A stretch of 64,000 nt of DNA from Eledone cirrhosa (taxonomy: Eukaryota), in NCBI GenBank assembly GCA_964016885.1, contig OZ024741.1, forward strand, positions 66,154,001 to 66,218,000, read 5' to 3'. The notes beneath the pieces were generated by a model. That model saw only the letters and a program-made list of their open reading frames with translations, was not told the origin of the DNA and made no database searches. The number at the start of each line of letters is the position of its first letter. The first letter of the stretch is position 1. The position numbers were made by a program, and so were the translations under genes. Shown here piece by piece: positions 28,422 through 41,979 of this stretch.

Positions 28422-28996
28422 ATAATGCAGATATATGCCAACACAAATAGACTGACACACACACTGATAAACACACACACACACACACTGACAGAAACAC
28501 ACACACACACACTGACAGACATGCACACACAGACAAACACACACTGACAGACAGACATGCATACACTGACAAACACACACACACACACACTGACAGATAC
28601 TCACACACACACCCATACACGCACTGACAGACACTCACACACTAACAGACACACACACAGTGACAGGTGCACACACACACACACACACAGGGACTGACAC
28701 ATATATACACTGACATGCAAACATACAGGCAGGCACAAACTTATTTACATTGACACACACACAGACACATACAAACAGACAAGTACAATCTCATTTACAT
28801 TGACACACACATATAGACACAGTTATATGCACTCACAGCTACAAATTTACACCTAAAGTTCTTGGCTTTGGGTAAAGGAAAATACAGGAGGATCAGTAAA
28901 TTATGAATTTATTCACACATTTATTGCAGCGGTCTTACCTCCCCTGCAAAGGTAACAGCTCTACCCTTCAAAATTCATCATTAAATAATTCAAATG

Positions 28997-29610
28997 CAGT
29001 TGAACCTCAGTTCATGAACTTAATTCGTTCCCAAAGGCTGTTCATCACCCAAAATGTTCGAAGATCAAAACTATTTTTCACAAAATGTTGAGAGGGAAAT
29101 ACAGTGAAAGAGAGAGAGACCTCATGTGAAAGACAGATAGATATCACTAAGATCCCATAACTCCTTGTGAAGTTGTAGAGGTACCGTCATATGGCGTGTC
29201 TAGGGCACATTTAAACCTAGCAGAGCCCAACCCTCTCCAGGTCTGACAACAGCCGAATTTTTCTATAGAGCAAGAATCGTCCCCAATAATGGACTGGTAC
29301 TTTTTTAGCGACCTCGAAAAGACGAAAGGCAAAGTTGACCTCGGTGGGATTTGTACTTAGAATGCGCAAAGAAGTGAGACGAATACTGTAAAGCAGGCAT
29401 GTCAAACATGCAGCCCATGGGTCACATGTGGCCCTTTACAAACACACCTGCAGCCTGCACAAAGGTTTTTACAGCCAACTGTCGTTGCTGGCTTGCATGT
29501 TTGTTACTTGAGACACCGTTCATCAACGGAGACATTTTATGTTTAGAAAAAAAGGTTCATGAACCAATTTGTTTTTTGATGTGAGGCATTTGTGAACCGA
29601 GGTTCCACTG
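28997..29610. mobile_element. pogo/Tigger-like MITE with nested SINE and hAT-end fragments
   Basis: TIRs CAGTTGAACCTCAGTTCA / TGAACCGAGGTTCCACTG|TA. Confidence 0.7.
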
Positions 29611-29619
29611 TATAGTGTA

Positions 29620-30742
29620 TCTGTATATATAAAACTGAGGTTGTCGATCTGTCTGTAATCTAAAACGGTCGGCACACATCTCCTCCTAAACCGTACGTTC
29701 AAATTTCGGTGAAATTGTTACACTCATAGATGAAGGTCCGGCGGAGACATCGGTCAAAAAAAATTTTCAAATCGACCAACGCCAAGTGCAAAAGTCGAAT
29801 GTATTGATTTTTCAGTTCAAATGTATAAATAGAGATGAGAGACGAGTTATTTCCCTTTTATGGCGTCATTTGCTTATCTATTTATGTTACGTATAAACGA
29901 CGCGGTGGACCGAGAAGAACAATTTCATGCAAAGACAAGACCAAGTTTATGGTGTAAATGGAGTCGTTAGACTAATATTCTATTTAAAATAACCGAATGA
30001 TTTCCAGCCCCGGAGTTTAAGAATGATGTAAATAAAATTGTAAACGAAAATGACAGGTTATTAAAATAATTGTTTCTACTTTTGGCACAAGGCCAATAAT
30101 TTACAGTACATTACTGGTACTTTATTTTATCGACCCCTTAAGGATGAAAGGCAAAGTTAACCTCGACGGGATTTTAACTTTGCCTTAACATAGTAAAAGT
30201 AAATAGTGAAGATTTAGGCCAGTACATACGTATGCGCCGACGAACATACACATTCATATACATACGCACACACAAATACATACACACACACACACGTGCG
30301 CGCGTGTGTGTAAACCTTATGCATTTCTACAGTATTTTCACCAAACTTAAGACATAGGTTACTTATGTACTCTGGATGGCCATGGGCACTTTCATTTTTC
30401 CAGATATTGATTATAGGGCCTCCCGGCAGATAACCCTCTTTAACCACTTCCTTGGAGTCGACTGAAGCACTGCAGTGCAATGCAAAAAAACGTCATAACT
30501 TCTGGAGTTCGCAACCAATTTTCACAAAACTTGACACATGGGCTACGTTTGTTCTACAGATGAATGTGAAATCTCAGAATTGGCACATATTGAGTAGGGG
30601 ACGCCTGGGGGCAGGAACCCCCTTTTGGAAAAAGCCGATGATTTTGTAAAAGTATAGTTTTCGAAGCAGCACTGAAGTATTGACATAAATGGTATACATA
30701 ACTGCTATTTAATACCCGAGCAACGCCGAGTAACTCTGCTAG
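29620..30742 (+). mobile_element. Non-autonomous Helitron
   Basis: A|TCTGTATATATAAAA start; subterminal hairpin TACCCGAGCAACGCCGAGTA; CTAG|T end; no TSD. Confidence 0.75.
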
Positions 30743-31944
30743 TTTCATATAAAACCTAGTCACGAAATGGTTAAGGCATTTACTCACTTTTATACTATTT
30801 TTCAGTATGCATACACATAGTTAGTAGCACCTTACCTCAATTACTGCTGACTAAATTAGTAACGTTGTGCACATTTATTCTTGCAAGTTTTACATTCTTT
30901 CAAATGCAGACTTTACTTAATCAGCTTCCTGCTAACTGCATAGAAATTCTGTTTCATATTAAGTGTAAAAATACAAATCTTTATAATAAAACATAAGTGT
31001 CAAATGATAATTTGATATCTTCCACCCTACCTCTCTCTTACAACAGAGTTGAAAAGATGGTCAGTAGTCAGCTATTTATGGCTATCTACCTATATATCTA
31101 TCTTCAGATAACCTTCTTCTTCTTCTTGCTCTTGCTCAACAAGGCTAAGCCAATGATCCTAAAGCATTGTTGTGCGTAGAACCAAAAGTCTGTCTTAAAC
31201 CAGAAGGCTTGTTAGGCTGGTGCTTATCCCGATTTCATGGCGTGAAGCGACTGAGAGTACAACACTTCCCCCAGACAGGACGCCAGTCCATTATAGAGTT
31301 AAATCCCCAGCTGTTGCTGGTACTCATTTTCAACTGAGTATACATGAAATGAAGTGATTTGCTCAAGAACACAACACACAACCCAGCCCATGAATCGAAG
31401 CCATGACATTACGATTGTAACTCCAACACCCTTCAGAAAATAAATACAATATCTATCTATTACCTACTTATCTATTTGTCTAACTGTTTACCTGTCTACT
31501 TAGCTACTTTCTTACCTGTCTATCTAACTACCTACATATCTGTTAATGAGCACTCTGATATCGTAAGGTGGCAGTGCTAGTGCCACAAGAAAATGCTCCC
31601 AGCACACTCTGTAATGTGGTAGTGCTGGTGTCACAATAAAATGCACCCAGCCTACTTTGTAAAGTTGTAGCACTGGTGCATATTGTAAAGTGGATGTCAT
31701 TACAGAGTGCATCTAATTGTAGAAATCATGCCTAAAATGGAATGTAAATGTGAGATAGAGTCATATGACCTGCCTATCCTCAGAATGTGACAGCCTGTCT
31801 AACCCATGCAACTATTGAAAATAGATGCAAAATAGAATGAGTGGCAAGTTGAATTTTAAATACATATATATGAGCTAAATTTTAAGAAAAGCCCTAACCC
31901 ATGATGGAATTACAACACAATATATGAGTGTGTGTGTGTTATGG

Positions 31945-31976
<32 letters not shown>

Positions 31977-32132
31977 TTGTTTGTGTTGTGTAGCTTAGCA
32001 GTTTCACAAAACGAGATTGACAAAATAAGTACGAGACTAGAGAAAATAGGTACTGAGATATATATGGTTGCCCTGCATGACTGCAGTCAGATAACTATAA
32101 CCAGCAAAAGAATAAAAATAACACACACACAC

Positions 32133-32180
<48 letters not shown>

Positions 32181-32487
32181 TTTCTGAATATGTTTAGCAA
32201 GATTCTTTATCTGAAATCGTGTGTTGAAACCGATATTTAACCCCAAATATTTTCTGTTTAACTTAAATCTGCTTTCCAAACAAACAAGTCAATCCAATCG
32301 ATTTTTTTTTTTTAAGTCTCTCATAGGATAACTCTCTTGATAATGGGTTTTTAAACACAAAAATATTTGGGATCGTTAAATTTGCTAAGGTAAGATGCTA
32401 AGGTAAGACTCTTTTCTTTTGTTATCTTGGCACTTTAACGTTATTCCTAACGCATTGTCTTCGTTTTCAAAATTTAAATTTGTGTTT

Positions 32488-32518
<31 letters not shown>

Positions 32519-32583
32519 ACACACACACACACACATATATATATGTGTGTGTGTGTGTGTGTGCGTGTGTGTGTCTAATATAA

Positions 32584-32623
<40 letters not shown>

Positions 32624-34864
32624 ATAATAATAAAATTGAAGACTAAAATCCAAAGAGGGCTCGATAAGGAAAATATATATCAAATATATAAGAACCGAAG
32701 AGCAAATATTTATTAAAATAACAGATTAAAGTTTAAGCAAAGAATCGCTGCTTTCACCCTTAACGGGATCTTCTGAAACTAACAAAGTCAATCTGTGAAC
32801 GCAGAAGTGAATATTTCAAAAAACGTTGCAACCGGAGGAAGACAGGAAGACGATACTTTGGTTCGTGGAAACGTTCCCTGGCAAAGAACGGGAAAAAACG
32901 AATATAATACGTCATTATTTGGAGCGGTGAAAAACAATTACACGCAACAACAAAACCACGTTTATGGTATAAAAGAGGTCGTAGACTAATATTCTGTTAG
33001 GTGGTTCATAGAGACGTTCTCTGGCAATGAACGGAAAAAACGAAGATAATACATCATATGTGGAGCGGGAGAACAATTGCACGCAAAGACAAAACCACGT
33101 AAATGATATAACTGAAGTCGAGGACTAAAATGCTAACTAGGAAACCGAATGATTCTCGACTTCAGAGTTAAGAATAAAGTAAATAAAATACAGAGGTAAT
33201 TGAAATTAAATAAATACATACACGCATCCATATACGTACATACCAGAGCAGATCTGGGAGTGATAACAACTAAGGGATCATCACTATCATCCTTTGCAGT
33301 ATTACAATTGCTGTACCCTCCCTTCCCCATACTCTTAGTTTTTTTTTTACTATGCTGCTGCTGTTGGGACTATGTTCTGTAGTGTGTCTGTAAATGTAAA
33401 TGTTTGTTGCATGAATTAATAAGTGTGTATGTGTAAACGTACATTTTGCATGAATGAATGAGTGTGAATGTATGAATGCATGTGTGTATATATGCATGTG
33501 GGAATATATACACTAAATCAAATATACACATACATAAAATTATGCATCTATATTAGGTGTGTGGGTGTGTGTGTGAATAGGACATGGATATCTGGCCTGT
33601 GAAATATCAAAACAAGACAACACATCTGGTACCGTGGCACTATGGAAAATGGACATTAATTGGCAGAATCGGTAGAGCGTCGGACAACATGCTTAGCAGC
33701 ACAGAATTATGGCCCTTTACATTCTGAGTTCAAATCCCGCCAAGGTTAGCTTTGCCTTTCATTCTTACAGGGTCGATAAAATAAAGTACCAGTAATGGGG
33801 TCGATTTAATCGACTTTCCCTTCTCCTTCAAATTGCTGGCCTTGTGCCTATAGTAGAATCAACTCTGGAAAATGAACATAAAATTATGATGATGATGATG
33901 ATGACTTGATGAAGCGTTCACAAGTTGTAATGTAATTGTAGTGGCAGTGGTGATGGTTGTGGTTGTGGTGTTAGTGCTGGTGGGACGATGGTATATTGGG
34001 GAAGGGAGGGAGGAGGTATTCAGGACAGAATGCAATGTTGTGGAATTCATCAATTTCCTCAAGGACAAACGAATTAACAAAGACACTCACCCTGATTAAC
34101 TTCCACGGGACTCAGGGTTTATAAATCTATCTATATATGTTATTTTGTTTTTGTTTTTCAACATGCGTTGCTGTGTCTGTACTTGTATGCAAGATGTTCT
34201 GTGTGTGTATGTGTGCACGTTGTGTATATGTATGTGTGCACGTGTGTGTATGAGTACGTGTGTGTGTATGTGTGCACGTGTGTGTGTATGAGTATGTGTG
34301 TGTATGTATGTGTGCACGTATGTGCGTGCGTGTGTATGTAAGTATGTGTGCATTACAACTATTTCATTATGGTTGACATAGAAATTAAGAACTTCCAGAT
34401 AATGAACAACTTGAGGCTACTTCTATATTTGACTATCAGACTATCACAACCAACTTTTCTCTGTAATTTATATTTTCTTTCTAAAATTAGGTACAACGCC
34501 AATTTTATGTATTAGAGAGACAGAAGATGTGCATCTGTGTATAAGTGTGCTACAGAATATGATGGTCATCATCTGATTCAGTGTGTGTACTTACACACAC
34601 ACATATACACACACATACATGTATATCAAAATGGAGGCGGTAAAAAGCAGTTTGACCATTACTCACCAGAGTACTCGATACTTGGATAAATAGAGTGGGT
34701 AATATAAAAAATTCGGGACCCCGACGACTGAGCTCCGGTCGTTTCAACAACTAGATCCGAACTCATATATATATATGTAAAAGTAATAACAAAAATAACA
34801 AAACAGACGGCACAGTACATGGAAGAAATATATTAGTTTAATGCTTGAAATAGCGGGAAGAGAG

Positions 34865-34900
34865 TCTTAATATTTCGGACACTAGTCCTTCATCAGAAGA
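34865..34900 (-). ncRNA. Minimal Penelope-type hammerhead motif
   Basis: TCTT-CTGATGA-A-GGAC-TAGT-GTCC-GAAA-TATT-AAGA on minus strand. Confidence 0.6.
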
Positions 34901-35244
34901 TAGAGTTAGAAATAGAAGATAAATAGAAAGTAAAGAGTGGTGAGAGGAAGGAACGAGAAAAATGAGGGGGGGGGGGGGGCATACACGTGCATATTCAGTC
35001 AGCCACAAATTGAAGGATGAGTATTTTAAACTTTATTTTATCATGAGTTAAGGCTCTATTGGTTTTTCCATGAATTTCACTAAATTCTGTTGGATGAATC
35101 TATATCCTGATTCTTTTTGAATTCAGTTTGAATTATTTTCCCCACATCTTACGTTAACTATTTTCCCATTTTGACGCAATAGTCACTTATATATTATGAA
35201 ATACTGTGTGCTTCTTGCTCATAATAATTTCTATACTTTTCATT

Positions 35245-35275
<31 letters not shown>

Positions 35276-35408
35276 ATATATATATATAGGAAAAGAGTTT
35301 CGACAGCTAGATTCGAACGGAGGTCAGCCGTCAGGGTTCTGACTCTTTTCCTATTACCCACTCAAGCAAGTATCGAGTATTCTGGTGCGTTATGGTCCAG
35401 TTTCTTTG

Positions 35409-35464
<56 letters not shown>

Positions 35465-35965
35465 CCATATATACTAAGTAACAATGAAGTATGTAGATTA
35501 CCAATCAGCCTGTTGAAAATAGCAGCCAAATTCCCTTAAATCAGATTCTGCCATCTTTAAAAAGGTAAAGAGACATTGAGCAATGTAGTCACATATACAA
35601 AAAGACAGGATGTTCATGGTTGTAACACCTTTGACAATAGATCTACTCAATCAGTATTGGTCTGGGTTAAACAGTAACAACTGATAGACACAGAAATATG
35701 GTTAAGATATATGTTTTTTTATGATAAACAATACATTTTCACAACGTAACAGAACCACGTATGTGTGTGTGTGTGTGTGCGGGGGGGGGGGGGAACCTTT
35801 TGACAAGTTAACAGCTTCAATGTACGTTTTTTTACTATAAAAATAGTTTAAGTTGGGCATATAAGCCCCTGAAGACGGAAAAGTGGACAGTGTCACCTGA
35901 GGGAGTCAAACTTACATAAATACGGTAACGTAAACACATTTATATGTACAGGCTCATACCCAGAA

Positions 35966-36006
<41 letters not shown>

Positions 36007-36009
<3 letters not shown>

Positions 36010-36617
36010 TGGCTGCCAACTCGTTTTCGAGTACGGCCACTACTTTATATCCATGTAGGAGAACCCCTACCGATGCGCTGAACGAATGTGACTTTTTAGT
36101 CCAGCCAGCGACTTGAAAACTCTGGTACAAAGACTACACTTGTGACCATTATTGACACATAGTGCAGGGCCCATGGTACCATGTGATGACAAGTGCAGAG
36201 AGATCTCCAGATATAAAGCAATGCCTGTGCTGTGAAGCTTTTATAGTGAGCAAAGGCACTGCACAAAGCCAGTCCCACTCTCTTAACCAAGATGATATTT
36301 ACCAAAAAGAAGAACAAGTCAACATCATTGGATACCATCAGGGTTGCAGGTGTTATATCAGAGTTTTCCTTCTCCTAGAATTCTGCCTTGACAAAGGCTA
36401 AGGGGTCATCTCTCCCGGTGATTTTGGATGGCTATTGAGTCTTAAGAGCTCCCTTGCCCTTTGACAGGTTTTGTTTTTAGTCCTGCAGGATGTCCAAAGT
36501 CACCCTCCTCACCAAGAAACCTTGGTGGGGTTGCCAGTTTAGTCGCCAACGACCCGACCATGAGACAGGTTGTACTGGGATACATGTTACCAGTAGCACC
36601 AACTGGTGACCTGACAG
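36007..36617 (-). mobile_element. Bipartite non-autonomous RTE/BovB-type element, copy 2
   Basis: Reverse complement of 2020-2630 with scattered substitutions; (TA)n on both sides. Confidence 0.8.
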
Positions 36618-36889
36618 TTATATATATATATATAAAGAATGTGCTTACAATATCGTATTTAAAATATACACACATTAACTGTTTTGAACATTCAATAATG
36701 GTGGGTAGAGTAATTTTTAAAACGAAGTGGCAGTGACTTCGAAGTTTTAGCTTGATTGCTTCAGAGCCAAATGAAGTAGCCAAGCTGGAGCTTCGATGCC
36801 ACTGTCACTTCTGTGAATACGTAGGTGAAAATCCAGAGTACCAAATCTCACCCCTTAGCCATTAAATGAATATTTACTCTAATCCAGTA

Positions 36890-37190
36890 TTGAGTGCTTT
36901 ACAGTGTCTGCCAGGTGTTTTTTTGTCATGACTCCTACACGACTACTTTACAATGTGGGCTGGGTGCATTTTGTTGTGACACCTACACGACCACTTTACA
37001 GTGTAGGTTGAGTGCATTTTGCCGTGTCTCCTACACGACCACTTTGCAATGTAGGCTTGGTGCTTTTTGCCGTGTCTCCTACACAACGACTTTACAATGT
37101 AAGATTGGTGCTTTTTGTTGTTACACCTACACAACCACTTTACAATGTAAGCTTGGTGCTTTTTGTTGTTACCTACATGACCACTTTAAA
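36890..37190 (-). repeat. About six diverged copies of the ~48-bp RTE-UTR unit
   Basis: CCTACACGACCACTTTACAGTGT..GGTGC repeated. Confidence 0.75.
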
Positions 37191-37491
37191 CATGATGAAA
37201 TAATTTTGGGCATTGAGTATGTAAATGTTTCATAAAATTGTAGGAATCTCGAATGTAAACCAGCTGCTAAATGATCATAGTAAAGAGTAATATTAATTTT
37301 ATTAAATAACGTTACAAATGGGAGTGAAAATATGAACACATGATATATACAAAGCATATAAATAAATTTACAGTAGAATAACATAACAAATATGTTTTAA
37401 ATATATACATAAATAACATTACAAATTCTTAGATAACATTATAAATTGCTTGTGATTCTTTCAGAAGGATATATTCCTTTAATGTTGCAGT

Positions 37492-38095
37492 CATCATCAT
37501 CATCATCATCAACGTTTAACGTCCGTGTTCCACGCTTGCATGGGTTTGGACGGGGGTAGTCCCACTTGAGGCAAGAGTGATTGTCTTGCTCGCATAGGAC
37601 TGTCTGGCAGGTTTTCTACAGTTGGATGCCCTTCCTAACACCAACCACATTTACAGTGTGGGTCTGGGAGGTTTTTACCGTGTTGCCTACACGGCCACAT
37701 TACAGCGTGGACTGTGTGTTTTTTTGTCGTGACACCTACACGATCTCATTTGTTTCGGCCTCGATGGCGCGGCACCAACATAACTTTACATAGAACGGGG
37801 TGGTGTGGATGGGGTGGGGGTGGCGGTGGTGGGACGGGGTGTATTTTGTTAGAGATGCCTACTGGCTGGAGTAGGTTTTACTATATATTTAGGTAAGGCG
37901 GGTCTTCTCTGTTACTGAGTACCGCCAAAGGTCTCGGTCCAGTGACATTGTCTTGGAGAGGTGTAAGTGTGTGATGTCGGAGTTTATCAGCTCGTCCCAG
38001 GTTTTTCTAGGTCTGCCTATTCCGTGACTACCGTCTATCTTTATTGCCCTGCACTTTGTTATACAGCTATCGACTTTCATGAAGTCGATAGCTGT
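37492..38095 (-). mobile_element. RTE family A 3' fragment with snap-back 5' junction
   Basis: Nearly identical to 5465-6043; 14-bp fold-back at 38063-38095. Confidence 0.9.
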
Positions 38096-39243
38096 GAAAA
38101 GCGTTGTTTATTAACAGCGAAATAGCAATGTCGATGATATCCAATTTGAAAAATACTACTTACTGTTAGTGGTGGTTAACATGTATTAGAATTAAAATAA
38201 AAACACGCGTCCCTTCTTCGCAATTTCGCCAAGGAGGCGATACTTGGCTTCAGTGTCCTAAATTATCATCATCGACATTCAATTATTAGCTCCACCCACT
38301 ACACGTCACGATACGTCACGACACGTCATCAGCTGCTGCTGCTGCTTGATTTTTACATATTCATTTTCTTACATGCTTCCTTTTTACACGAAAAAACATT
38401 GAATTTTTAGAATAACAGAGAAAATTAGATTTTTGATTTATTTTTGAACAAAATAAATATTTATTTACAGTTTTTCACAGAAAAACTATGCTTCATTTTT
38501 ACATGAATATTTATTTACAGTTTTTAACAGAAAAAAAATTGCTGCGAAATACATTTTTTTTTTAACAGATTTACAGTTTTTAACAACAGAAAAAAAATTT
38601 CTTTAAACAATATATTGTTGCGATATACAGTTTAAAATTTTTTAGAAACATTTACCTTCGTGACGTATCGTATAGTGGGTGGAGCTAATAATTGAATGTC
38701 GATGATGATAATTTAGGACACTAAAACCAAGTATCGCCAAGGGTTTTATTTCTTTTGATGGAAAACAGTGACCGTACTGCAGAATCGATTTCATAAAACG
38801 GTATTGTATGATCGTTAAATGTAGAAGGATGATAGTTTATTAACAGCGAAAGAGCAATGTCGATGATATACAAGTTTAAAAATGCATATTATGAAGGTTT
38901 GTATGATAGTTTACACTTTTTCCTGAAACTGCTTCTTTATAATAAACTTTCAATAATATTTTTCAAATTATTGGTACTGTATGTTAACAGCGAAAGAACG
39001 TTGATGAAATTGTAAATAAGACAAAAGTATTAGAACAGGGGGAAATAACTCACCGAACGCGATAGTTTTGGGGTCCCAGGGACCACATTTTTCAAGTTAG
39101 AGATTTGAAAACTCATATATTTGCTTCTTTGGCACTTTTTACAAAGGTGTGTAAATTTTTATGCCAGTCCGACCACGTCTACTACCATTTAACCGTGCAC
39201 ATTTGAATTTCAACCACCGCCCATTTCACAAATATATATTAGA
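38093..39243 (-). mobile_element. Non-autonomous Helitron family copy lacking its 3' end
   Basis: Homologous to 47479-47864; minus-strand A|TCTAATATAT start at 39243. Confidence 0.65.
38236..38738. mobile_element. MITE-like insert with ~85-bp inverted repeats
   Basis: GGCGATACTTGG...CCACCCACTA vs TAGTGGGTGG...CCAAGTATCGCC. Confidence 0.7.
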
Positions 39244-39658
39244 TTTGTTTATATATCAATGACAAAAAGAAAAGTACAAAACTATACATGAATTGTTTCT
39301 ACTAAACCTTCAATTTATGACACAACCTAGATATATTTGATAGGACTCCAGCTCACTTCTTCTTCTTTTGCTCCCTCTGGAACATTGGGCTGCGAGCCAC
39401 CCCACACAACGCCATGTTCTGGGTCTGCTTTTCAACTCCACCGTGATGCACGGTGTGTCATGGTGTATCTAACCATTTTTTTAGGTCTTACTACGGCTGA
39501 TTTCTTCCAGAGAGAAAGAAAGAGATGGAAAAGGGCAGAGAAGATTCATCCCCGGAGGAATAATAAAAAATGTTTACACTGCACATTTCATTTTTTCAAA
39601 GCTAAAGCTGCCGATCCAAAATCAGTAATTCAACTCCCTGAAAACTTTCAAATATATG

Positions 39659-39710
<52 letters not shown>

Positions 39711-39889
39711 GAGGTTATATTTAATTTGTTGGGATACAACAAGCAAAATATTTTTATACCTGATATAAAGCACTTAACAAATTATTGGAATAAATATACA
39801 ATATATTAACAAATGGAAACTATATTTATAAAACCATATTTATTTCATTATACATATTTCAAGGGCCACTAGAACAAACTATAATAGAA

Positions 39890-40645
39890 AACTATAATAG
39901 AAAACCTTACAATAATTCGGAAAACAAAAAAAGAAATAGAATTAGGAATATATTATGGTTCGCTCCTCCTTTCTCATTAAGTAATAAAACTCCTATTGCT
40001 AAATTATTCTTTAAAGCTCTAGATAAATGCTTCCCTAGAACACATAGATATTACTCAATATTTAATAGATATACTATAAAATTAACTTATTCAACCACCA
40101 GTAATTTAGCGCAGAATATTAATAGAATTAATAATAGAAATTTAAAACCTAACCAGAATACCATTAATAACCCCAGCAATATCCAACTGAATAATACGGC
40201 ACATAGAAACTCAAATTTTGATAAATGTAACTGTAGAAATAAATCTAACTGTCCGTTAAATAACAATTGCTTAGTTAAAAATATAGTATATAATTGTAAT
40301 GTAAAAACTAATTTAAATTGATTTAATTATGTAGGATCTACCTCCACAGATTTTAAAGCGCGTTTTAATAACCATAAATGCTCTTTTACGAATATAAATA
40401 AAAAATCTTCAACTTCTCTATCTAATTTACTATGGGACCTAAAATCAAAGAACACTAACTATTCTTTACTTTGGAATATTATCTCTAAAGCTCCTCCATT
40501 CAATGCTTCTGAAAATTGCGTTCTTTGTATAGAGGAAATATTCTTTATATTAAAAAGTAAAAATTCTGTTAATTTAAGAAGCAATCTTTTTAGTTCTTGC
40601 AAACATAGATTGAACTCAACGTTTAAATATATATATAAATTGTAA
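39890..40645 (+). pseudogene. C-terminal linker + GIY-YIG endonuclease of a Naiad-type PLE (one in-frame TGA at 40319)
   Basis: Frame +2: RNILWFAPPFS...IFNRYTIKLTYS...CNCRNKSNCPLNNNCLVKNIVY...YVGSTSTDFKARFNNHKCSF...TSLSNLLWDLK...CVLCIEE...NLRSNLFSSCKH. Confidence 0.85.
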
Positions 40646-41979
40646 TACATAACTCATCTTTATTAAACCTATCGATAATTCATTGGATTCCTTCATATGA
40701 TTGCTTGTAACTATCTTGAAAGGATTTTTTCTTGAGGAATTTTTCTTGATAGATGCACTGTAAGATTTGAAGAAAGGTTTTTTCTGAAAATTCCTATGAT
40801 GGGTACGAGGAATTCATAATTCATAATTTAAATTATAATTAATATTTCATATTTTATATTGAATATATATTTTTCAAATGCTTGATGTATATATATATAT
40901 ATATATGTGTATGTGTGTGTTTGTATATATCAAAGTGTTTATATATATATGAAATTTATACTTTAAATATATTCTACAGATGTACTCTTGTGGAAGATTT
41001 TTTATGGTTTATGCTTTGAATGAATTTTTAAATGTTAACACGTTATAGAAAAAAATTTATGTTTTTATCAGTCATAACTGTATAACAGGTTGAGTTATGA
41101 ATTTATAACTTGATATAAAATAACATAAAATTCATGCTCTAATTACACTATTAAGATGGATAATTAAAATTTTTTAACATCTTAACTTTATAACATTTAA
41201 CTTTATAACATTTAATCCTTAGAGCTATCTTAATAATTATTATTAAATCGCTAGCAATTTCCTTTACGCTCTACTGCTATTACATATAAGTGATTATTCT
41301 TCGGTAAACTCTCAGAAATTCCATGAGCTTAGAAGTATTCGAATATTTTAAACTTAAAAATTTTTTTAAATAATTAATTAATAATAAAATTATATTTGGT
41401 TTTGTAATATTTTTTTTTTATAATAATAATATATATTCTTTAATAATAATTTATAGGTCTCAACTTTAATAATATAACATACACATATGGATTGAATTGA
41501 TAAATTATTAATTAAATATTTAATCAAATTTATTAATTAAACATTAGATAAATTCTTCAACTTAGCTTTATCCATCTTTGTTAATATCTGTTATTGGTTG
41601 TTATTAGTATTCATCCACGCTATATTTTTTTTCCCTCAAAATTACGCTATTCTCTCTCACTAAAATATACTCAGGTTTCTCTCTTTCTTTCTTTCATTTT
41701 TCTCTTTCTTTTTTTCCCTATTCCAACGGCTTAATTTAAATATACTGTTTTTAATAATATATATTCTTTAATAATATAACTTTTAATAATATATATTCTC
41801 TAATAATAATATAATATAACATACACATTTAAACATTTAAACTATGGATTGAATTGATAAATTATTAATTAAACATTTAATCAAAATTATTAATTAAACA
41901 TTATTAATTAAACATTAGATAAATTCTTCAACTTAACTTTATTATTGTTTTTATCCATCTTTTTTATTAGTATCTTTTT

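Noticed and set aside
35869-35905. CTGAAGA hammerhead core
   Set aside because: No matching GAAA or stems downstream
39337-39711. 124-aa ORF as a host gene
   Set aside because: Overlaps a minus-strand LINE-like 3' end with an (AAG)n tail and runs into (TA)n
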